DNA of 63,578 nucleotides, the filler included, from Intoshia linei (taxonomy: Eukaryota; Animalia; Orthonectida): the NCBI GenBank assembly GCA_001642005.1. It is 5 parts of 5 records of this genome, joined end to end, with 100 filler letters (N's around TTAATTAATTAA, not from the genome) between each part and the next. Parts side by side here need not be neighbours in the genome. Positions count along the whole stretch, not along the records: positions 54,469 to 62,421 come from LWCA01001498.1; positions 62,522 to 63,578 come from LWCA01002822.1; 3 more parts are not named here. One strand, written 5' to 3'. The number at the start of each line of letters is the position of its first letter. The stretch's first letter is position 1. Under the pieces are notes generated by a model. That model searched no databases and was not told where the DNA came from. It was given only the letters and a program-made list of their open reading frames with translations. The position numbers and the translations under genes are program-made. Shown piece after piece: positions 54,369 through 63,578 of this stretch.

Positions 54369-54468
54369 NNNNNNNNNNNNNNNNNNNNNNNNNNNNNNNN
54401 NNNNNNNNNNNNTTAATTAATTAANNNNNNNNNNNNNNNNNNNNNNNNNNNNNNNNNNNNNNNNNNNN
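54369..54468. other. Artificial contig spacer
   Basis: N44-TTAATTAATTAA-N44. Confidence 0.97.
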
Positions 54469-55583
54469 TATAATAAAGTTACAATAAAAACGACATTACT
54501 TATGAAACGACCTAATATAATAGATAGTACTGAATGGGATATTACAAAATTAACCAACATTAAATTTGAGTTTTATGGGTATTTGGTGTCGTCTTCATGA
54601 GTTTAACCTACCGTGCTACCTTAATATCTAAAATAGGCCCTAAAACTTTTTACCCCACAATTAATAAAATTTTATAAAAAACATAATTTCAAGCCCTAGG
54701 GAAAAATCAATTTTTACCAATATTTTTATAAAAAATCCGATTTTACCAAACACTTCGATAAGAATCTATTTCAAACCTTAAAATAAAAAATACAATTTTA
54801 CCAAACTTTAAAGGAAAAATTCCTTTTTTTCCAACATTTTTTTGAAATCCAACATTTTACCAATCTTTAATGGTAAGTTTAATTTTGATTTAATTTAACA
54901 TTTTATTTATGTTAAAATAAAAAAATCTTGAATATTCATTTTAAAAAACAAATTGCCTGTCCACTATAAGCAGATTTTTGTCCTTATATCCGTCTGTGAT
55001 TTATATACAAAACAAGCGTTTGATTCCGTTCCTAGCTTTTTGTCCCTTATATCCGGATTCCACTGTAGTGGAATTTTAGAATAATAATGTAACGGCCGTC
55101 GCTATTTTGGTATAAATTCCTAACATCTGTCAATTCTGTAATAAATATTAAAAATTCTCATATATATATAAAGAAAAGTTGATATATTTTATTTGAATCT
55201 CACAGACCCCAGTCATATATTTTTGGACCCCAAGGGGTCCAGAATATTATAACATGCTGTAGATGTTAAGATTAAGTTGTATTTTAAAAAATATATCAAT
55301 CCTGTACTAAACTCACTTTATTCTTCGATGGTTGTGACATCGTAGTGAACCAATGATTATTGATAATGTTTTTTATCTCGATAGACTTTCAAGCTAAATT
55401 AACGGTTATTTGTTATCACAAAATGTTATATTTACTCATGTTTGCGGAAATTTGGAGGTGTGGTATTTTAAAAAGTGTAATAATTTAGTGACCTTTATTG
55501 AGTTTTATTAGATAGTAAATAGAATGAAGCCATCATGACCTTTTAACGTTGGTTAACTTTTTGTTTAATTAAATACTAATTTC

Positions 55584-56822
55584 ATGAATTTAGACGAAAA
55601 AATTGGTAAAATTGAAAGTCGAGTGAATAAAGATGTGACCAGTATAGCTACGGAGTATTTAGGAAAGGATTTAAAAAAAGAAGTTAACACATTGTTTAAA
55701 CCCTTTAACAACGTAAATGATAAAAACTTTTCAAAAATCAACAAAATAACTACAACTGATAAATGTAGCATATTTATGTCAACACCAAAAGTTGTTTCGA
55801 TTAAACATCAAAATTCGTCTTCTAGTATATCTCCAATATACACCAATAAAATGTCTGACGGTATTACAATAAATACTGTTACTAAAACAGACAGTTGTGA
55901 AAGCGTTGTCGATGATAAAAACACTTATTTGGACAGCCCTCAAGTGAGTAAAGATTCTGAATATATTAAAAGACAAGAAAACGTTCGTCGATATATTCGA
56001 ACCGAAGAAGAAGTTAATTTAATTTATGACAAAAACAATACAAATAAGAAATTATGTTTTAAAATGGCAAAGTTAAATTCTGCATTGTTTCGCTGGTTTC
56101 ACCGTAAAATTGTAAAGAACCCGTCTCTCGATTTTTCAAATTCGTTTCGAGATTACATTGGATATGTTCAAAATATTATCAAAGAAAATGCAAATACAGA
56201 ATCTGCATCAATAGAATTTTCTAAAGATGAAGGTAGGCAAACACTAGAAAGTGTCGAATCCATTTGTAAAAATGTAGATACGGAAGAAACGTCTAAACAT
56301 GTTCAAAAAGGTTGAATTTATATTTTATATGGTTAAGTTTTATTTTAGAAGAAACTAAAAAGGAAGATGTTTCCAAGTTTTTAGAAGCAATTACACAAGA
56401 CGATATCGAGATAACCGAAGAGGGTAGTGTATTCAAAGAAAAGTTTTTAATTTGTTTGTTATTCTAGTTTATGATTTAGATGCACTTTCTTTTTTAATGA
56501 TAAAAAATGGGAAAATCGCGGTGCATGTGTATGTTTTTTAAAAAATGAACCCGAAAAGCAACTCATAATTAGGAATTATACTTCAATAGGTACATTGATA
56601 AAATTAAAGTTTACTATTTTTCCATTTATAGCTTCAATAATATTAAACGTTCGAATAAATTCTTTAAAAAATGTAAAAAAAGAAGAAAAAAACAAAATTA
56701 GCTTTACAACTGTATCCAATCCGCCATTAGATCAAAAGCAACCAAATCGACCTCATCTCATTTTACTTAAATTTAAAACACCTCAAGCGGTGGACGATTT
56801 TCTTGTCAAAATTAATAATTAA
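55584..56822 (+). CDS. NUP50: Nucleoporin Nup50; exons 55584-56310, 56349-56442, 56480-56589, 56632-56822 (true start uncertain)
   Basis: KLNSALFRWFHRKIVKNPSLDFSNSFRDYIGYVQNI matches the Nup50 central helix motif (LN..V.DWI..H...NP..DL.PIF.DY). C-terminal RanBD: EEGSVFKEKCTFF..WENRG..QLIIRN..IILNV..SNPPLD..LLKFKT. Confidence 0.85.
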
Positions 56823-56845
56823 TTTTATTTCATAAAATATATAAT

Positions 56846-59800
56846 TTAACTATATATTGGTTCTACAAGCTTGCTCTGGTGTCTATCTGCGGATAGTAGA
56901 GATGCTGCGTACAACATTTTTTTTAAAATTGGCGCTAGTTGGTTGAATTGAGGTCGGCCGGATGGTGTCTCGCAGAGACACATGTTTATTATGCTGGTTA
57001 AATATGTATTTGTTGTCGGTTGAGGCAATCTCAAATTTTCCAGGCATATCTAAGTTTAAATTAGTTTAAAATTTAAAACACTTTCATAGTTTATTAAATA
57101 TACCTGCAATCCAACAACCATGGGTGGTATGTCTTTGAAGGGAGGCATATTTGTAACCATTTCCCAAAGTATTACTCCGAAACTCCAAATGTCTGCCAAT
57201 TGTTTATCATAGTTGTCAAATGCATGACTTATAGCTAATAATATTTTAATATACTTGCATACTAAAATAAGTTACATTCAGGTGCTTTGTAAGCCATGTT
57301 TAGTTCTATATTTTTATCTAAAAAGTTGAATCTATAGTCAAACATTGATATCTGAGCACGGAATTGATATCCTATCTAAATGTTTTTATTTACCTGTTAA
57401 TAATTTCAGTCTTAGACCAGGAGTAGGCAATCTTATGATGGTAAATTCTGATAATTTTGCGCGCCGGACACATTAAAAATTAAACTAATAATGTTCATTT
57501 ACCACGGGTATTAAAATTTTTTTATGTTGACTACTCATAATTCATCAATTCTATAAAAACTTTCCTATCCAAATAATCATCCAATCATAATTAAACTTTG
57601 AGAATTAATTAATTAAATTTTATAATTGCTATCTAATAAGAAATCAATTATATATAATATATAAGAAATTAATTCTGAATTGAAACCCAGATTTTTGTAT
57701 TTCAAATATAAAAGTTAACTCGTGATTTTTTTTGAAGTTTTAGGATTTTTTCATTATTCGAAAAAAAGGAATAATTTGGGTTTTATCGTCAAGATAAATT
57801 TTTGAGAATGAAATGTATATTGTTGCATCCGAAAAAACTGACTTGAAATTTAGGTTTTTTAAATTTGAAGTACTGTTAGTTTTCTAAATTGTTATATGTA
57901 AACAATATCAATAGTGACATTTAAAATCTAAATTAGGGTTTCTCAATATTTTCAAAGTCATGCTCGTCAAGTCCAAAAAGTATTCTATGATCCCTACAAT
58001 GTAAAAAAAATAGAAAAAAATTTAGGGCCTACATTTTTTTAATAACAATATAATATCTTAGATTTGATGACATTTTAATAGCGATTCAAACCTTGTTAAT
58101 TAAAAGGAACAAACATTTTCTGTGGTTCCAAATATGAAAGTTTTCAAATTGAAATACTCCCCTATTTATCTCAGTAGCAAAGGTTATGACACTAAAATAT
58201 TCCAGGGTTATTTGAAACCCTCAAAATTGATAACCCTTTTTATTGGTTTGATTTAATTAAAATAAACTAGAATTTTAGTATTTATATTGAGTTACTAGAG
58301 GTTAAAGAAGCAATTTTTTGGCTTATTTTTAGAGTCTACTCAACTACCTGAAAAATTATGAAAATGTTATTAGCTTCTTATCAGGATTATTATTCATTTT
58401 TTGCAAGATCACCGATGGTCAAAGGTATTACCAGCCCGTACTAGTATTAGTACCAGCTATATTCAAAAATTATTTTATTTTTGTAAAATTTATTATTTCA
58501 AAATTGCCAGATGTTGCAATTTTATTCCAAAACCTAGACGACTGATACATTATTAATTTTAAAATATCACTTTTAATAAAATTTAATATTATTATTTGTT
58601 AATAAAAAATATCATTTCAAGCCCTTATGTAATCTCACTATTTTACAAAAAATCATTTAAACCAACCCCAAAAATAAAAAATACAATTTCACTAAACATT
58701 ACGAGAAGAATCTGTTAATTCAACCACAAAATAAAAACCAAAATTTTAGCAACTATTAAGGTAAAATCCGTTTTTCCGAGTAATTGGTTCTAAACATTAA
58801 AAATTTGCGAAACTCATAAGCGACATTGTATTAAGTTTATATTTTACAAATTAGTCAATTATATATTTAAAAAAATTTCCTGGTACAAGCAAAGTTACCA
58901 CTATTGTTTTTGCTGGTAATTGACCCCCTTTCTCATGATCATTGTTTCATTTAATAATTTACTTTATTTAAAATGTTTTTAAAAAAATTACCGATATCGA
59001 AAAACTTGATAGGGTAAAATTCATAGATATACTATGTTTATTGTGGAGATAATTCATACCATCGCAAATGTTTTTGGCTATAGATACGGAGGTTTGATAA
59101 TCAAGAATGTCTATTTATTTATATTTTTATAGTAGTATAAATACATTGTAGTTGATAAGCATATTTTTATTGGTAGTGCTTCTAATGGGTCACCAAACCT
59201 CATCAGAATCAATCCAATTTTACCAAATCTTACGGGAAATAATCAGTTATCCAACCCAAAAAAAAAAATCAAATTTTACCACCCTTAAAGAAAATATTCA
59301 TTTTATCAATACTTTTTCCAAACTTTGAGTAAATATCACTGTATGCAACTACAAAAGAAAAAATCAACTTTTACCAACTCTTTAAATAAAACATGCACTT
59401 TACCAATATTTTTTTTTAAAATGTATTTTTACCAAATTTGAGTAAAAATCACTTATGCATCCCAAAAAATACAGTCGTATCAATTCCATGACATAAATAC
59501 ACTAAAATTACCCAATATGCCACCATGAATAACATCGTATAAGCAACCATTTTCTGGTTCTTCATAAATAAGGCTAACCCCAGTTGTATCGATGGCTGCT
59601 GCTATCACTGGCCTTATAGAAGAATTGTTAAATATTCTAAAATATACATGTAAAAATCCTTATTTATATAAAAATTAATGTGTTTCTATTCCTTATAAAA
59701 ATAATAATCCCAAAATTCGATAAAACTATATTCCTAGAGACACTATATCGTAAATTTGCATCTTCCTGATCAAAAACTCTATTTAAAATGTATTACCAAA

Positions 59801-61316
59801 CCATTTAATAACAATGTAAATTAAAATTGCCCTCGCACGAGCGATGGATCCCCAAAGAGTTAATAATTTTGACACAAATTAAACAAGTGTACTCATTGTA
59901 ATTTAACTTTAAGTTCAACTAAATTTTGACTCAAAATATGTAAAATTTACTTATTTTATTTATTATTTTATATACAATGTAAATAGACAAATAAATTAGT
60001 CATATTAATTTTTCCAGTGTTTTTTTAAAATTAATTTATAAATAAAAATTTTTAGTAAATAAGTAGAAGGATTAACTGTATTAAAAAGTTGATATAATAT
60101 ACCTTAACTGCAAAAAGTCTAGTTTAAAATCCATAATTTGTAACTTAGTTAAATTTCCACAAATTAATGTTTTAATATTTATATTAACTGATTTCCATAC
60201 ACCACTATAATACTAGAAATATAATAAAAAGTATATTGATAATTATTTTACACTGGCAGTGTAATCACTATAAATGTGATTAATATCTGAAACTTCTTTA
60301 ATATCGATATAAACTGATTTTGTAAAATTTCGAGGTCCTAAACTAAAATTAAGCCCATTAAAATTTAAAATGTAATATACGTATGTTAATATTGAACACG
60401 CCATTTTTCATGTTGCAAACTTTGTACTGTGAATTTTCGTCCAATCTGAGGATTTTATCTGTATTTTGTCAATAAAAGTAAAGTTTAGTGGTGTACCTGT
60501 AAGTTTTTTTCGCATATTTTTGGTAATGTAGGCTATTGGAGCTTTACCGTTCAAATTTCGTTGCATTACATTTGCGCCATTATTAATCAACAACTAATTT
60601 CAATAAATAAAAGTTATCAAATACAATTAATAATGTAACCTCTATGCATGTTAGATGATTAAAGAAACAAGCGTAATGTAAAGGTGTATTTCCATATTTA
60701 TTGAAAGCGTCGACAATGACATTTTGAGATAGTATCTACATTTTATTTTATAAATTAACCATTTTAATATACCAATTTCAATATATTAAAATTTCCATAA
60801 CTTGCAGCCATATGTAAAGGAGTGTCTCCAGTCATATTGACTTTATCTACCAAAATTCCGTTGTCAATCAGAAATTTAGCAATCATGGTGTGCCCATGAA
60901 TTGCTGCCATGTGTATTAATGTTAATCCATGAGAATCACTAAATTTTGCAATGTAATGTAATCAATTAGCAGTCAATTCTAATTCTGCAACTACATCAAT
61001 GTACAATGTTCATTGAACATAATCAAGATAGTTTAATTGGTTTTTAATTCATAAAGTCATAGTCAAGTTTGAAATAGTCAACCAAAAATTTTAATACTTA
61101 TAGAATAATTGTATTTATCGTATACATTGGTGGGATGAAAAGTGGGTGCATTCAATGTTCAATATTGATGCATTTTACTGGTATATGTTTTAGATTTAAA
61201 TAATATTACCAAATATTTAAGTAATTTGATGAATCATCTAGCCATTCTCTCACGGCGATTATATTACCATTAACAACTTCATCTATTATATTTATGGAAT
61301 TATCAAAATTGTACAT
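56846..61316 (-). CDS. ILK: Integrin-linked kinase (ankyrin repeats + pseudokinase), multi-exon
   Basis: GNIIAVREWLDDSSNYLN, DSHGLTLIHMAA, GDTPLHMAASYG, NKYGNTPLHYACF, AQISMFDYRFNF, AYKAPE, ADIWSFGVILWEMVT..PF..IPPMVVGLQICLENLR, RPQFNQLAPILKKM, collinear with ILK. Confidence 0.92.
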
Positions 61317-62421
61317 TGTAAAACTTAAATGTTTACAATAAATACTTTATCTTGTTACTCATATTGGTTGATATAGAAATTTTCACATTCATTTCAATTT
61401 TCTCATTATCATGTTAATTTATCATATTTAGTTTACGTGATACTCGCGTTTCTGTTATTCAATTGGTATAAACAGTGGCTAGCTCTGTCGGGTACAGTGT
61501 ACCCTATTTCAGATATTTATTTTAATTAGTAAATATATCGGATTTGGTTAAATTGAAATAAAATTGTTAAGGGATAAAACCTGGGTTTTAATTATTTATT
61601 TAGTATCAATTTCAATTTAAGTATTTTCGTAATTAATTAATTAGTTAAAATATACTAGTTTTAATTGGAAATTCTAGGAAGTAAAAAATAAATAATAAAT
61701 TGAATCAGTTAGATAGAATCGAATACCAACAAAGTTATAATTTAGTTGATTCTAAAGTTTAGGATCTAAAGTTTAGATTTTGATAAGATAATATTACAAA
61801 AAACCTGTGCACCCGAAAAAAATTAATAATAATGACAATTTTTAATAATTATTACATTTGGGTGAAACTAATGATGATCAAAAGACATGGATTACTCTAT
61901 TTTTGAGAGATGATAAACTTGATCAACTATTAATATTAACCTTTAACCCGTCAATGTTCTCAAAATGAAACATGTTTTTTTAGGTATTGTTTACAGTACC
62001 TTATTAATTGTTTACTACATATTTTATCAGATCAATAAAAAGTCTATATTATTTATCTTCCCTGTGAAGAATTAATATTTTATATCCCTTGGTTGATGCT
62101 TCATAGAATCATGAATAGTGACTGATTTTTATCCCATTTTCAATTTGAAATTTAAATCTTTTTTTTGTGACTAGAAATTTAGCTCGGTCATAAATTTTAA
62201 TAAAATTATTTATTATTTATTATTAAAATTATAATTATTTTAATAAAATAATTAAATAAAACTGATGCTCCTAAAATAGAACAATGGAGAATTCCCAATA
62301 AGTTTTTACAATTGTCAGTTATTTAATTTAATATCAAAGAATTTACTTTTACATGATTTGCGCGTTTGCGATCTATCGACAAACGTATGCAAGACCGATA
62401 GAGATCGCTCACAGATTTCAT

Positions 62422-62521
62422 NNNNNNNNNNNNNNNNNNNNNNNNNNNNNNNNNNNNNNNNNNNNTTAATTAATTAANNNNNNNNNNNNNNNNNNNNNNN
62501 NNNNNNNNNNNNNNNNNNNNN
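62422..62521. other. Artificial contig spacer
   Basis: N44-TTAATTAATTAA-N44. Confidence 0.97.
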
Positions 62522-63578
62522 TCTAAGTCAAATGAACCCATTATGACCATTTAAAAAACCCTTATTTTTGTAAATGTAACTTTATTTTTGTAAATATTAA
62601 ATTGGGTTTTTATGATAATATATACCTTAAATAACATTTAAATAAATTAGTCTATACATTTTTTGTTTATCAATAGATAATATTTTGTAATATATAAAAA
62701 AAATTAAATTTCGATTACAAATAAAAAATATACATTTTTATTTACAAACCTATGTTTGGATTGGATTTTGTTCTGCCTTTTTGAAAATGAGATTTAGATA
62801 TGTTACATTTAGTTATTTTTTTTTTAATGAACTATACATTATTTATCCAAGTCAGATTAAGCGTAGATTTAAAAATATGTAAAAAAGTCACATTTATAAA
62901 TTTTTAATTTTTTTAATTATATGAAATATTATAGAAATGATCCATAAATAATTTACCATCATATTATTAGGGTTTTGTCTTTTATATCTCGATTAAAATG
63001 TCTTGAATTGTTGATGAAATCTTTCACTAAGTTCATCAGAGAATGCACCACAGTTTAAGGAGAAAACACTTGAATGACACATTATGATGTCAAATCGATG
63101 GTTATACTCTAACGAAAGCGAAATGGCAAATAATATTAATTTGAAAAATTGTGATTTTGAAATGTTGGAACTTCTCCATACAATTTTATAATGGACAAAA
63201 CTTCGAATTTAGAGAGTATATTATATTTACATCATTTTACATTTATTCATCATTTACATTATATATACATTATATTATATACATCTTATTGCAGTTATCA
63301 CGTGGGAATGATCTATTTTAAATTATTATGAGTGTTTGATGAGTATGATGACAATGATGTCTCAATAATCTCAAAATTGTGAGAGGTGCAATGGTCTATA
63401 TGGATTACTTTGTCGACCTCTGATCTAAGTGATACAACAATTTTACTGATACCGATACTGATTATCTTATATGTATTTATCTAATGGGGTTTTTATAAAA
63501 CTAAAATTTGGAAAAGTACTCAACAATTTTAAGATTGTTAAAATTTTAAGATATTAGAAATTATTTATTAATAATAAT

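Noticed and set aside
54502-54578. MKRPNIIDSTEWD as the Nup50 N-terminal exon
   Set aside because: Only loosely like KRxA..NWD, the frame is open upstream to the gap, and its donor phase (2) does not match the acceptor phase (1) at 55593; unresolved.
63040-63480. Cys-containing coding-like fragments at the window end
   Set aside because: Multiple stops in all frames and no identifiable motif.

Overview
AT-rich animal (eukaryotic) genomic DNA with many tiny GT-AG introns (about 33-40 nt), made of five contigs joined by four artificial 100-nt spacers (N44-TTAATTAATTAA-N44). The gene set and intron sizes fit a compact invertebrate parasite genome such as an orthonectid; this is inference only. 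Genes spliced by eye: a 12-exon PHM-like protein, ATG2, TGS1, an Id/emc HLH factor, OLA1, a secreted peptide-precursor-like gene, a partial CD2AP/CIN85-like SH3 gene, a partial FOXRED1, an SFR1/Mei5-like gene, NUP50 and ILK. The 15.5-30 kb region holds decayed sequences (VPS10/sortilin-like, caspase-like, Gypsy gag-pro, Chapaev-type transposase). Helitron-like 3' ends, hAT and Tc1/pogo MITEs and a ~30-bp minisatellite are dispersed. Top candidates: (1) an intact secreted PHM-fold pseudoenzyme that has lost five of six copper ligands while keeping three disulfide pairs; (2) a perfect BMP/Smad element GGCGCC-N5-GTCTG upstream of the Id gene; (3) a TGS1 with a DPPW active-site motif. All homology calls come from remembered family motifs, not database searches.
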